From positions 3,067 to 67,066 of the IMG/VR virus record IMGVR_UViG_3300033066_000493: a DNA stretch of 64,000 bases. The stretch is one strand, 5' to 3'. Position 1 is the first letter of the stretch, and each line of letters begins with the position of its first letter. The stretch comes from a virus. Lineage: Duplodnaviria > Caudoviricetes. The notes beneath the pieces are model-generated. The model made no database searches and was not told where the DNA came from. It saw nothing but the letters and a program-made list of their open reading frames with translations. Made by a program: the position numbers and the translations under genes. This document shows, piece after piece, positions 1 to 9,971 of the stretch.

Positions 1-1648
1 TTGCAGTTTCATCTCTAAGAATTGAATCATCTGGACTTTTTTGCGGAATTGATACTACTATACCATTTGGATTACCAAACTCCTCTTCTACTAAGTCTGG
101 TAAATTTAACATCAAATATTGAGCAATTGGTTCATTTTTATTATATCTTAATCTTCTAATATAAAATTTACCAAATCTCGCATGTATACCAGAAGATGTA
201 CCTAATGCTGTAGAAGTTGTACCTTCTGGTTTAATTGTTGTTATTCTGCTTGCTGGATTAACACCTATCAATTTAGCAGTTTCTTCATTTACTTGTGTGA
301 TATATTGTGTTATAGATTTCCAATCAAAATTTTTGTAATTTTTATTATCGCCTATACCTGTTAATGATACACCAAGTAATGCATCCTTTTCTGTATTATC
401 TTTCCATTTTGTCGAAAGATAATGAAAATCTGTATAACCTGTTTGTAATGTTCCTATAAATGTAGCAGCCCAAGCTCGTTCTTTAAAATCTTCATCATCA
501 ACAATAGTTGAAAAGTTAATGGATGTTAGATTACAAAACTGTCTGGATTTTAAACTTATTTCTAAGCATGGATTACCACATATATCAATATTATTTGTCC
601 AGAAGAAGCCTGGTTCTCCAGAACCAGAATTTTTAACTATTGTCCATAAATCATCAAATTCTTCTTTTGTAACATTTTTTCTTAAAAGTACAACTGAATT
701 GTTTGATCTTGCTCTTTGTGGTTCAAACCAGTACCAAGGTAAAGATTTCGATTCTACAAAAGTATCGAATTGTTTTTGTTGTAATGAAATGTAATGTGCT
801 TTATTTTTATAAAGAACTTCACCTTCCCAAACTTTAGTTTTTTCATTAAAATGGAAACCTCCATTCAAAACATCAACTTTAAAATTACCTTTACAATTCA
901 ACATTTCTGTATCATCTTTATCAAAAAATGAAATTAATGCTGCACGTCTAATACCACCTGATAAAACTGCATCAGCAATTAAGCATATTATATCATGTAC
1001 TTCTAATGTTGTTAATTTAGAACCATCTTCTTTTTGATCTAAAATTGATTTTATTTTATTTAAACAACGTTCTAATGGTTCAGGTCCTGGGGCTTTACCA
1101 CCAGCTGTAATTAATTGAGACCCTTTTGCTCTAATATCAGAATAATCAAACAATGGTAAGTATCCATTATTCATATAAGCTTTAAATAAAGCTCTAACTG
1201 AATCAGCCCACCCTTCAATCGAATCACCAATTAAAAATTTCTTTGTTTTCTTTGGTGTATTAATTGCTGGTAATTTATTTATGTGTGCTGTTTGTACAGA
1301 GAAACCAACACCAGAGCCACCTAACAATAATAACATTACTTCTGAAAAATCTTTCCATGTCTGTATTGCTGTAAATGCACAATTAAAAATTCTAGAATTA
1401 TTAAGTTCAATAGGTTTACCTGCAAATTGCATAGAACGCATTGAAGGTACAACTTTTTTATCTTTTACAAATTTAAATGCTTTTTTAATATCATTTTTTA
1501 ATAAAGGATATTTTTTAATATGCATTTGTTCTACTCTATAACATATTTCTTCCCAAGTTTCACGTCTTTTTACATCCGGTATAAATTTTGAATATTTACT
1601 AAATATAGTCAATTTACTTAATACATTAGATGACAAATCATTACTCAT
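1..1648 (-). CDS. nrdJ: Class II (adenosylcobalamin-dependent) ribonucleotide reductase; 3' end runs off the window
   Basis: Absent from the ORF track (no stop in window). Manual translation from ATG at 1648: MSNDLSS...RRETWEEI...PSMRSMQFAG...FNCAF...LLGGSGVGFSVQ...GGIRRAALIS...GEPGF...GNPCLEISL...QFCNL...LLGVSLTG...TTIKPEGTTS, typical monomeric NrdJ motifs including NPCxE. Confidence 0.92.
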   Translation of the reverse strand, partial: MSNDLSSNVLSKLTIFSKYSKFIPDVKRRETWEEICYRVEQMHIKKYPLLKNDIKKAFKFVKDKKVVPSMRSMQFAGKPIELNNSRIFNCAFTAIQTWKDFSEVMLLLLGGSGVGFSVQTAHINKLPAINTPKKTKKFLIGDSIEGWADSVRALFKAYMNNGYLPLFDYSDIRAKGSQLITAGGKAPGPEPLERCLNKIKSILDQKEDGSKLTTLEVHDIICLIADAVLSGGIRRAALISFFDKDDTEMLNCKGNFKVDVLNGGFHFNEKTKVWEGEVLYKNKAHYISLQQKQFDTFVESKSLPWYWFEPQRARSNNSVVLLRKNVTKEEFDDLWTIVKNSGSGEPGFFWTNNIDICGNPCLEISLKSRQFCNLTSINFSTIVDDEDFKERAWAATFIGTLQTGYTDFHYLSTKWKDNTEKDALLGVSLTGIGDNKNYKNFDWKSITQYITQVNEETAKLIGVNPASRITTIKPEGTTSTALGTSSGIHARFGKFYIRRLRYNKNEPIAQYLMLNLPDLVEEEFGNPNGIVVSIPQKSPDDSILRDETA

Positions 1649-1666
1649 ATTTTATTATATTATTTT

Positions 1667-3049
1667 TTATTTATTTTTAATTATTGTTTCTAAATAATTT
1701 ATTTCAGTTTCAACTTCTCCGGCAGTATGTTTAGCCTTTACTCTTCTATTAAACAAATCTGTCAATAATGTTTTTAACACACCATCTTCATTTTTTCTAA
1801 AAACTGCACCTGATGCTGTTGTTATTGTTTCTGATGTTACTTTAAAATTTTTATCTTTTTTAATAAAAACATCTGGTGATAAATTCCATTGTCTAATATT
1901 AGTAGGATATTCTGAACTATAATCAAATGTTGCTAAATAATTATGAAATCCTACTATAGGTTCCATAACAAATGCCCCTGCATATTTTTCAGTTTTTACA
2001 TTTTTATCAAATGTTTTAACAAAAACTCTTTTTTTATCTTTCCATAGCTGCTGTATCATGATATTTTCTACCATATGTACTGGTGAAAATACTCTATTTT
2101 GTTCACATGAAGTTAAATGTGCTAGTGTAAAAAATGGCACGAGGGTATTTAATTTTTCATCTATCAATTTAACTAAATAACTATCGACAGCATTGTAATA
2201 TACAAATCCTTCATAATCATTATTATATAAATCCGTTAATGAGCCATTATATTTTATTTTTTTAACATTCAAAGCTGCTGATGCTACGAAATCTAAAGAA
2301 TTAAAGTCCTTCATCTGAACTATTCTATCCCATTTTCTATAGACTTCCATATAATCTACTACTAATTTATGTAATGGTAGATTATCTTTTGTGAATTTTT
2401 TTGTTGGCGAAGCTACACTAACATCTATATTTAGAAAAGTTGCTCTACCTACCAAATAAGCCCAATCAAAATCTATAAAATTCCAACCAGTTAAAAATGG
2501 TATATTTTTAATAGCTCTATTAAAAAATGAATATAACATATCATATTCACTTTGAAAATACATATATTTAAATGTTATATTCTTATTAAATTTTTCAAAA
2601 TATGAATTTAATTTAATTTGAATACTATCTTGAATCTCCTTTGTTATTTCTCTTGTACCTAAAACCATTATTAAATCTTTATCATTTGCAATAGCTATTG
2701 TTTGTATTGCTGATTTTGGATTTTCAGGATCTGGAAAAACATCTAATATTTCAGTTTCTATATCACAGAAATATTTTTTAGGTATATTATTTTCAAATAT
2801 TTCATCTTGGTCTCTTTGTGGAATTGTCATTAAAAATTCGGCAATTCTATAAGAATTTAATGTGTTAGTTGATTTTTTTCTAACCCTTTTATCATCCCAA
2901 GATCTAACTATAGGGTCACAATCTTTCGAAGAGTACACCCACTCAAATAATTCAGATTCTGGTATTTTAAATCTTTTAAAATCTATAATACCTTCTTTAT
3001 TGATATAACTAACTATCAATTCATTTTTATTTTGTTCTACACTTACCAT
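1667..3049 (-). CDS. Family B DNA polymerase, N-terminal half (3'-5' exonuclease plus motif A); gp43A-like
   Basis: ExoI CDIETE, ExoII GWNFIDFD, ExoIII YNAVDS, YAGAFVMEP and motif A variant FDYSSEYP. The ORF ends in the fingers; no KxxxNSxYG or DTDS. Confidence 0.85.
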   Translation of the reverse strand: MVSVEQNKNELIVSYINKEGIIDFKRFKIPESELFEWVYSSKDCDPIVRSWDDKRVRKKSTNTLNSYRIAEFLMTIPQRDQDEIFENNIPKKYFCDIETEILDVFPDPENPKSAIQTIAIANDKDLIMVLGTREITKEIQDSIQIKLNSYFEKFNKNITFKYMYFQSEYDMLYSFFNRAIKNIPFLTGWNFIDFDWAYLVGRATFLNIDVSVASPTKKFTKDNLPLHKLVVDYMEVYRKWDRIVQMKDFNSLDFVASAALNVKKIKYNGSLTDLYNNDYEGFVYYNAVDSYLVKLIDEKLNTLVPFFTLAHLTSCEQNRVFSPVHMVENIMIQQLWKDKKRVFVKTFDKNVKTEKYAGAFVMEPIVGFHNYLATFDYSSEYPTNIRQWNLSPDVFIKKDKNFKVTSETITTASGAVFRKNEDGVLKTLLTDLFNRRVKAKHTAGEVETEINYLETIIKNK

Positions 3050-3121
3050 ATTATACTTTCAATAAATAATGTCAAAACGTATATTTTTTACGTAAAAAAT
3101 TTAAAATGTTTAGTGGTTTAT

Positions 3122-3751
3122 TTATTTTAAATATTTTAAATGTACTGGTTCTACAAATAACTCTTTTTCTGTGAGTCTTTCTTCCTCTTTATATGTTCTG
3201 ATGTTGGATTCGTGTATATGATTTATTATAATATCATAACAAGGATTATAAATATTATATCCAGATTCTTCGAATACAGCAGCTATATAATTATCACATC
3301 CTGGAATACCCAATTGTATTTTTGAATTTTCTATCAATTTATCATTAACATTTTTAAATATCCATGCATCTTGAGTTACTTCTGGTCTATCATGTAATTC
3401 TCCATTATCATATCTAGTTAAAGCATAGCATTCATCATATTTTATATTTAAAGAATTTAATATACTATTATCAAAATAAATATCAGCATTTGATATTATA
3501 TTAATATCTTTTTCCATTTTATTTTTTTTTACAAATAAAAACATATCTGAATATGTTGATCTAATATTTGTTGATATTAATTCTATTTTATCTGAACAAT
3601 TAAAGTAATCTTTATCAAATTTATATTCTGAAAATAGATATATTTTATTTATAAATTCTAAATCTATATTCTTAACTAACGAAGTTTCTATCTCATAATT
3701 TCTCTGATTATTATCAGATATAAAATATGATACCAATAAGTTTATCTTCAT
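3122..3751 (-). CDS. Hypothetical protein, probable GT-A-like glycosyltransferase
   Basis: NADIYFD (DxD-like), CYALTR, QDAWI, GIPGCDN, HIH; paralog of the next ORF; lies in the glycosylation island. Confidence 0.5.
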   Translation of the reverse strand: MKINLLVSYFISDNNQRNYEIETSLVKNIDLEFINKIYLFSEYKFDKDYFNCSDKIELISTNIRSTYSDMFLFVKKNKMEKDINIISNADIYFDNSILNSLNIKYDECYALTRYDNGELHDRPEVTQDAWIFKNVNDKLIENSKIQLGIPGCDNYIAAVFEESGYNIYNPCYDIIINHIHESNIRTYKEEERLTEKELFVEPVHLKYLK

Positions 3752-3757
3752 TTTAAT

Positions 3758-4384
3758 TTATTTTATATCATTAATTGAACATGCAAATACATCCATATAT
3801 TCACCTTTAATGATATCACTATCATTGTATGATCTAAATTCAGAAGAATGTAAATGATTGATTACTATACTATGGGATGGATTATATATTTCATATCCAG
3901 ATTTATTAAATACATGAGCTATTCTATTATCACACCCAGGTTGACCCATTTCTATATTAGAATTCAATAATAAATCATTTCTAATATTTTTTAATATCCA
4001 AGCATCTTGTGATGAATGAGATGCTATATGGAATATTCCACTATCCCATCTTGATAATGCATAACATTGATTAGGTTTTATTCTATTACAAAGTTCTATT
4101 GTATCATTAAAATAAATATCAGCATTTGATATTATATTTATATCATCTTCTAAATTATTATATTTTATAAAATTAAAAAAATCAAAATATTTTGGTCTAT
4201 GATCTAATTTAATGTATTTAATTTTATATCTATTTATAAAATCATGTAAATTATCTTTTTGCTCACTAAAAAGATAAATTTTATTTATAAATTTCAAATC
4301 TATATTTTTAAATAAACATCTTTCAATTTCTTGATTTCTATCATAATTATTAGATTCAAAATACGAAACAAATAAATTAATCAT
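3758..4384 (-). CDS. Hypothetical protein, probable GT-A-like glycosyltransferase (paralog of 3122-3751)
   Basis: Same motifs: NADIYFN, CYALSRW, QDAWI, GQPGCDN, HLH. Confidence 0.5.
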   Translation of the reverse strand: MINLFVSYFESNNYDRNQEIERCLFKNIDLKFINKIYLFSEQKDNLHDFINRYKIKYIKLDHRPKYFDFFNFIKYNNLEDDINIISNADIYFNDTIELCNRIKPNQCYALSRWDSGIFHIASHSSQDAWILKNIRNDLLLNSNIEMGQPGCDNRIAHVFNKSGYEIYNPSHSIVINHLHSSEFRSYNDSDIIKGEYMDVFACSINDIK

Positions 4385-5166
4385 AAATCTATATCATTTA
4401 TTTTTGTACAACTGTAAACATTTTTATAAGAATATTTAATTGCTTCTTTTCTTATAATTATCCATCTTTTAATAGAATCTATTGACCATTTATTAAAGGT
4501 TGGTATTAATGGTGAAGTATGTATAGCTATAACATTTTTTACATATAATGATAATTGACCTATACCTAATAATGATAAATTATAATCACTAGTACATTCA
4601 TAACCTTCAATTTTTTTAGTAGTTATTATTTTACCAGTCATTCGTTTAAGTAATTTTAAAAATTCTGAATCTATTTTATCAGCAGGATATTGACCACTAT
4701 ATGGCACTGAATTAACTATAAGGTAATCATATTTATCAAAAATTCTATATTTTAATTTTTCATTATCCAATAACATATCATTTTCATTTTGTATTGGACA
4801 ACCTATTCTAGCAATATCACTCAACTGTTTAAAAAATTTAACATAAAATGTATCATAATTCATATCATGTTTATATTCTTTGTGAAAATTTATAGGATAA
4901 GATGGTTCACCAATCCATGAATTTATAGAATCATATGGTTTATATTTTAAATCATAAAAATGTATTCGTTCTTTATAAAATGAATCATTATTATAATTTT
5001 GTAATTCATTAATATAGTTTGGATTAGTATAAAGGTTTACAGTAACATCATTTTGTTCTACAAGTTTTCTCATATAATGATTTTGCAAATATGAATCACC
5101 TAGGTGGTAATGATTGTGAAAATTTATATTTCTCATATAATTTACATTTTTATTTTTATAAATCAT
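4381..5166 (-). CDS. Putative glycosyltransferase (GT-B/GT9-like)
   Basis: N-terminal HLGD motif and C-terminal IAIHTSP resemble GT9-like enzymes; island context. Confidence 0.35.
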   Translation of the reverse strand: MIYKNKNVNYMRNINFHNHYHLGDSYLQNHYMRKLVEQNDVTVNLYTNPNYINELQNYNNDSFYKERIHFYDLKYKPYDSINSWIGEPSYPINFHKEYKHDMNYDTFYVKFFKQLSDIARIGCPIQNENDMLLDNEKLKYRIFDKYDYLIVNSVPYSGQYPADKIDSEFLKLLKRMTGKIITTKKIEGYECTSDYNLSLLGIGQLSLYVKNVIAIHTSPLIPTFNKWSIDSIKRWIIIRKEAIKYSYKNVYSCTKINDIDL

Positions 5167-5831
5167 TATAGAATATCTATTTTATTTATTAGTTTATATT
5201 TTTTCCATTTTTTGTGTTTAAAAATAGAATTACTACATCCTATTAAATCCATCACAGCTTGCCTACCAATAATTTCTATAATTTTAGAATCCGGTGTTTC
5301 TATAATATATTTTATTTTGAATTTACCTATATGAGATTCACTCATTTTAATTTTGGCATCATTTGTACGTTTTTGACCAGTATTAGATTTATTTCTTCTT
5401 TTTACAGATTCAATATCTTTAGGTTTATTTTTTTGAGCTTTACTTTTTTTAAGTAAAGTTTCCTTTGAATCTTTTTTACCAATTTGAGATTCAATAGCAG
5501 CATTTTTTAACAATGTGAAATTTTTAGGATTATATCTTTGTTTTTTATTTTTCATATTCATAGCATGAAATGCATATGCCATTTTTCTTGTATAATTATC
5601 ACTTTGTCCATATTTAAATCTTAATCCTCGCCACAAAAGTAAATGCACAATATAATGTTCTTTAGCTGTTAATTTAACTAAATCCTTATTCTGTCCATAA
5701 ATGGATTTTGGATAAATATGATGATATTCTATATAAATATCAGGAGAAAGTATTCTATCTTTAGCTCTATTACAAATAGACCAATACCATTTAAAATATT
5801 TATTACCTTCTAATAAATCTTGTTCTATCAT
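5166..5831 (-). CDS. Free-standing HNH homing endonuclease with NUMOD3-type repeats
   Basis: EYHHIYPKS...LTAKEHYIVHLLL; basic repeats such as KKDSKETLLKKSKAQ and KRTNDAKIKMSESHIG. Confidence 0.85.
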   Translation of the reverse strand: MIEQDLLEGNKYFKWYWSICNRAKDRILSPDIYIEYHHIYPKSIYGQNKDLVKLTAKEHYIVHLLLWRGLRFKYGQSDNYTRKMAYAFHAMNMKNKKQRYNPKNFTLLKNAAIESQIGKKDSKETLLKKSKAQKNKPKDIESVKRRNKSNTGQKRTNDAKIKMSESHIGKFKIKYIIETPDSKIIEIIGRQAVMDLIGCSNSIFKHKKWKKYKLINKIDIL

Positions 5832-5846
5832 TATTTTTGAATTATT

Positions 5847-6341
5847 TTATACTTCTCCCATATTAGTTATACTAATTCTATCTTGGTATACTGTCATATC
5901 AAAATAATCTGCTATATCTAAAATATCATTATTATAATTATTCCAAGGTGAAATAAAATATTTTGGTTTATATCCTATTTCATTATTTATAATTTTATTA
6001 GCCGTATAAATTTCATGAAAAATTTCATGTTTAGTTAAATTTAATAAATTGTAATGATTATGTGTATGATTACCTATTATATGTTTTTCTGATATTTTTT
6101 TAACTTGTTTCCATGTTAAATAACCATCAGTACCAATTAAATTAGTAGGTATAAATAATATACATTGTTTATTATATTTATCTAAAATTTCACAAGCTTT
6201 TAATGTTGAAAAATAACCATCATCTATAGTTATTAGATCATAATTTGAATTTAAAATATCATTTTTAAATTGTTGATAAGTTCTAGAATATAAATATTCG
6301 TTAAAACTATAATAAAATTTATGATAAGAAAGTACTTTCAT
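5847..6341 (-). CDS. Polysaccharide deacetylase (CE4/NodB-like)
   Basis: ITIDDG, GNHTHNH, PKYFISPW motifs. Confidence 0.8.
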   Translation of the reverse strand: MKVLSYHKFYYSFNEYLYSRTYQQFKNDILNSNYDLITIDDGYFSTLKACEILDKYNKQCILFIPTNLIGTDGYLTWKQVKKISEKHIIGNHTHNHYNLLNLTKHEIFHEIYTANKIINNEIGYKPKYFISPWNNYNNDILDIADYFDMTVYQDRISITNMGEV

Positions 6342-7104
6342 ATTTTTTAATTATTCCATTTTGGGATTGTTGTCCTGTGAATAGTTCACTTAATAATCTA
6401 GGAAATTCTATTTGTGTTTGTAATTTTTTCCATCTATTAAAAAAATCTTCTCCATAACCGTAATAAATACTTTTAAAAAGAACTTCTTCTTCATATACAT
6501 ATGAATAATGATGAAATTTCTTAGGCATAAGCATTCTTCCACCTTCATTTTCTAAAATGGAAGGCGCATGTGAAATAAATTTTTCACCATTCCAATTCCA
6601 TAATCTCACACATGTATTATCACCCCAATTAGGACCAACAGCTATTATATCTTTACCAATATATTGATAAAATTTAGATTCTCCAACTTTACAATTATTA
6701 GATAATAAAAATTTTTCATTTTCTATCATATCTTCTAATACCCATTGTTCATCAACATCAATTCCATACAACCAACCATTATTATATTTTAATTTAATAT
6801 AATCTATAGCAGTATTAACCATTTCATCTTTACTATTCCAGATACCTTCTTTTCTTACAATTTTAACTTTATCGGGATATTTTCTTTCTAAAGAATCTAA
6901 TATTAAATTTGTATTATCTATAGATCTACCATTTACATGATAATTATCATTATTACCTGGACAATGTTTGGATGAATTATTTTTTACAGCACCTTCGCAT
7001 ATAACCCAATAATCTAAAACATTATTTGCCAAATAATTAGCATAATCATTATGTAATAAATGTTTTTCGGCATTTAATGCTATTGTGAATGCTAATCTTT
7101 TCAT
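6319..7104 (-). CDS. GT2-like glycosyltransferase
   Basis: YWVICEG, KDEMVN, GIDVDEQW (DxD), late HHYSY. Confidence 0.6.
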   Translation of the reverse strand: MKRLAFTIALNAEKHLLHNDYANYLANNVLDYWVICEGAVKNNSSKHCPGNNDNYHVNGRSIDNTNLILDSLERKYPDKVKIVRKEGIWNSKDEMVNTAIDYIKLKYNNGWLYGIDVDEQWVLEDMIENEKFLLSNNCKVGESKFYQYIGKDIIAVGPNWGDNTCVRLWNWNGEKFISHAPSILENEGGRMLMPKKFHHYSYVYEEEVLFKSIYYGYGEDFFNRWKKLQTQIEFPRLLSELFTGQQSQNGIIKKYESTFLS

Positions 7105-7686
7105 CTATACATCATATTTAGTTTTATATGTATACCAAACATATCCTATGGTATAATAATTATCGTGTCCATTAAATTTTAAATTAACAGCATCTATTAC
7201 ACCTTGATGATTTGGATCATAATCATGACCAGAAATCAAACCACCATATTTTAATTTTGGTAACCAGACATCTATATCTTCACAAACAGATTCAAATGAA
7301 TGATTTGCATCAATAAATATAAAATCTAAAGATTCATCTTCAAATAATTTGGAAGCTTCTACTGAAGTCATTTTTAATGATTTGTAATTTACTTTACCAT
7401 CTAATGGCTTCATATTTTCTAAATACTTTGCATAAATATCATCCGTTTTTACTATTTCTGAATGATTGGGTGAACCTTCCCATGTATCAACAACATTTAA
7501 TGTGACATTCTTACCAGAATTAAATATTTCTACACCTAAATATGCAGTAGAAGAACCTTTCCATGCACCAACTTCTACTATATTTGCATCTTGGGGTAAT
7601 AATGTAACAACATTTCTATAAAAATCTTGATAATTAAACCAACCGTCTTCGTTTTTGTAATAATGTTCCATTTTATATTTTATCAT
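7105..7686 (-). CDS. Class I SAM-dependent methyltransferase (Methyltransf_24-like)
   Basis: VEVGAWKGSS, VVDTW, IFIDANHSF, GGLISGHDY. Confidence 0.85.
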   Translation of the reverse strand: MIKYKMEHYYKNEDGWFNYQDFYRNVVTLLPQDANIVEVGAWKGSSTAYLGVEIFNSGKNVTLNVVDTWEGSPNHSEIVKTDDIYAKYLENMKPLDGKVNYKSLKMTSVEASKLFEDESLDFIFIDANHSFESVCEDIDVWLPKLKYGGLISGHDYDPNHQGVIDAVNLKFNGHDNYYTIGYVWYTYKTKYDV

Positions 7687-8557
7687 TTACTATATTTAAA
7701 ATAAATTCTTCCAAATCATTTATATAAATTCTAGTTTTTTGTTCATCTGTTAACCATTGTCTTGAATACACACTTTCATATAAATCATCATCAGTATCTA
7801 ATCTTTTAATAAATGATAAAATATCATTAAATCCTGATAAATCATTTTGGTCTTTAAAATCACAATTTATAAAACTATCGACATTAAAATCATTATTTAC
7901 ACTTGGATCACCATAATAAATTGGTATAGTATTACACAACATTGCATCTATTAATTTTTCTGTTGTATAACCAGAATGTTTTGAATTTTCAAAACACATT
8001 GCAAATTTATATGGATTATTTCTAAAGTATTCTATTTTTCTTTTTTGCCAAGTATAACTATCTTCTCTATGTCGTACTATATCAGGTTTATTATTAAATA
8101 ATTTACCAAATGAATCTACTTGTTTATAATTATTAGTATAATGGAAAAAATTATTTCTAACTAAACCATTTGGACTACTAACTGTAAATGACATAAAATT
8201 TGGTCTATTCTTTATAGTAGTATCCTTATTTACCAGTTCGTCAATATAATGCCGTCTATTATCCAAGTGTAAATAGTATTTCCATAGAGGGAAACGAAGA
8301 TATCTACTATCCTGAATATAATCGTAACCTATTACATATTCAAAATCATTTAAATGTGGTCTAACATTTTCACCAATCCAAAGTAATTTCTTTTTAGCTC
8401 TTATACTGTAACGACTATTACCAAAAATACTACATAATAATATATCAGGATTATCCTGAGTAAATTCTATTCTAAAATATTTAGAAAGTATTTGTACGAA
8501 TAAGTCTTCATTACTACAATCTAAATCTGCATAACCAACTGTCAATAAAGATTTCAT
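7673..8557 (-). CDS. GT10 alpha-1,3/4-fucosyltransferase-like protein
   Basis: GT10 signature YKFAMCFENS..GYTTEKLIDAM...IPIYYG; WIGEN; SNP-like SSPN..RNNFF. Confidence 0.88.
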   Translation of the reverse strand: MKSLLTVGYADLDCSNEDLFVQILSKYFRIEFTQDNPDILLCSIFGNSRYSIRAKKKLLWIGENVRPHLNDFEYVIGYDYIQDSRYLRFPLWKYYLHLDNRRHYIDELVNKDTTIKNRPNFMSFTVSSPNGLVRNNFFHYTNNYKQVDSFGKLFNNKPDIVRHREDSYTWQKRKIEYFRNNPYKFAMCFENSKHSGYTTEKLIDAMLCNTIPIYYGDPSVNNDFNVDSFINCDFKDQNDLSGFNDILSFIKRLDTDDDLYESVYSRQWLTDEQKTRIYINDLEEFILNIVNDKI

Positions 8558-9150
8558 TTTTTCTCCGCCATGACCATAAATGAATTGTTGAGGTCTACAC
8601 CTGATACATAAATTTTATCCATATCTGATTTAGCTTCTAAATATTCTCTAATTATTTTTCTACCAAATGAATGTATATGTTTTCTATTTGAAAAAGGAGA
8701 CCAGTATTTTTGAGAATGATGTGGTAAATATAAAAATAAAGTTCCTCCTATTTTTAATTTACTAATCCAATAGTCTAAAGCATCAACCCAATTATTCAAG
8801 TGCTCCAAACAATGGCTAGAGAAAACGTACTCTACCTGGTTAATAGGTATAATATTTGATGGTAGTGATGTATAATCTTTTAAAATTTTAGTTGGTATTT
8901 TTTTACCATCTTTTTCAAAATAATAATTTGGCAAATTCATAGCGTGCCATTCACCATCATAGAATGAACTATCAACTCCAATTGAACCAGGATATTGCCA
9001 TTCTTCTTTTGAAAATCCAATGTCAAAGCCAATTCCTTGGCAAACTTCTTTAGCAAATGGCAAAGCAAATCTTGCTGCGTTACCAGAAGCTTGATATTTA
9101 GGGTAAAATGTACCCTTAAAGTATATTTGTTCTATCATATTTTTATCCAA
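8554..9150 (-). CDS. SAM-dependent methyltransferase (type 11-like)
   Basis: GFDIG, VFSSHCLEH, KIGGTLFLYLP. Confidence 0.75.
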   Translation of the reverse strand: MDKNMIEQIYFKGTFYPKYQASGNAARFALPFAKEVCQGIGFDIGFSKEEWQYPGSIGVDSSFYDGEWHAMNLPNYYFEKDGKKIPTKILKDYTSLPSNIIPINQVEYVFSSHCLEHLNNWVDALDYWISKLKIGGTLFLYLPHHSQKYWSPFSNRKHIHSFGRKIIREYLEAKSDMDKIYVSGVDLNNSFMVMAEKK

Positions 9151-9971
9151 TTATTCGGGATTAAATCCCTTGTATTTAAGTTATTATGTTTTGTACCAAA
9201 CCAGATTTTCGGAGCAATTGTTATATGATCTGATTTTTGGAGAAAACTGCCCCACCAGCTGTAACTTGAATTTGCAATTATATGATGGTCACACATAGAC
9301 ATTAAGCAAAGGTCAGTATATGTATCATTATTAACAAATTCTATATTTTTATAATCTTTAAACATTTCTTTACAGTAAGAAATATCATCAGAAAATACAA
9401 TTAAAGTAAAATTGTCATTTATTTTAGATTTTATATATTCTATTCCATTATTATAGTATTCTAATGTGCATAATGGGTGATGTTCTGGCAATAAAGTATA
9501 ATCACCACGTCTAACATGTAATGATACTAAAGTGTTATTGTTATTATTAGTTTTTAAACCATAATATAACTGCATAGCTTTTAATATTATTTCATTTTTA
9601 AAAGTAAATTCTTTTAAAACATCACTTTTATATTCTTTAAAATATAATTCTGATTGGAAATATCCTATTATATCTGTATTATCTTGTATCTTTAATATAT
9701 CAGGATTATAATTAAAATCAATTTGTGAATATTGGTAAGAAGGCCTAAAGTTAGAAGAATCTTTGGCTGATATATTGAAACAATTATCAAGTTCCAAATT
9801 ATATAAAAAAGCACCCCTTGGATCATTAACGTGATATTTATATTTTTTATTTTCTGTTAATGGTATACCAAAATCATACCCATTATAACGTGCAGTATTA
9901 TAAAGTACGGAGTATTGAAATAATTGATTTCCTAATCTACCCATAGATCCACAAATATTACATGTAATCAT
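9135..9971 (-). CDS. GT11 alpha-1,2-fucosyltransferase-like protein
   Basis: GRLGNQLFQY, GYFQSELYF, SLHVRRGDY, FSDD, IIANSSYSWWG. Confidence 0.92.
   Translation of the reverse strand: MITCNICGSMGRLGNQLFQYSVLYNTARYNGYDFGIPLTENKKYKYHVNDPRGAFLYNLELDNCFNISAKDSSNFRPSYQYSQIDFNYNPDILKIQDNTDIIGYFQSELYFKEYKSDVLKEFTFKNEIILKAMQLYYGLKTNNNNNTLVSLHVRRGDYTLLPEHHPLCTLEYYNNGIEYIKSKINDNFTLIVFSDDISYCKEMFKDYKNIEFVNNDTYTDLCLMSMCDHHIIANSSYSWWGSFLQKSDHITIAPKIWFGTKHNNLNTRDLIPNNWIKI

Noticed and set aside
3050-3080. TTGACA...TATAAT upstream of the polymerase gene on the minus strand
   Set aside because: The spacer is only 14 nt and TATAAT abuts the ATG.
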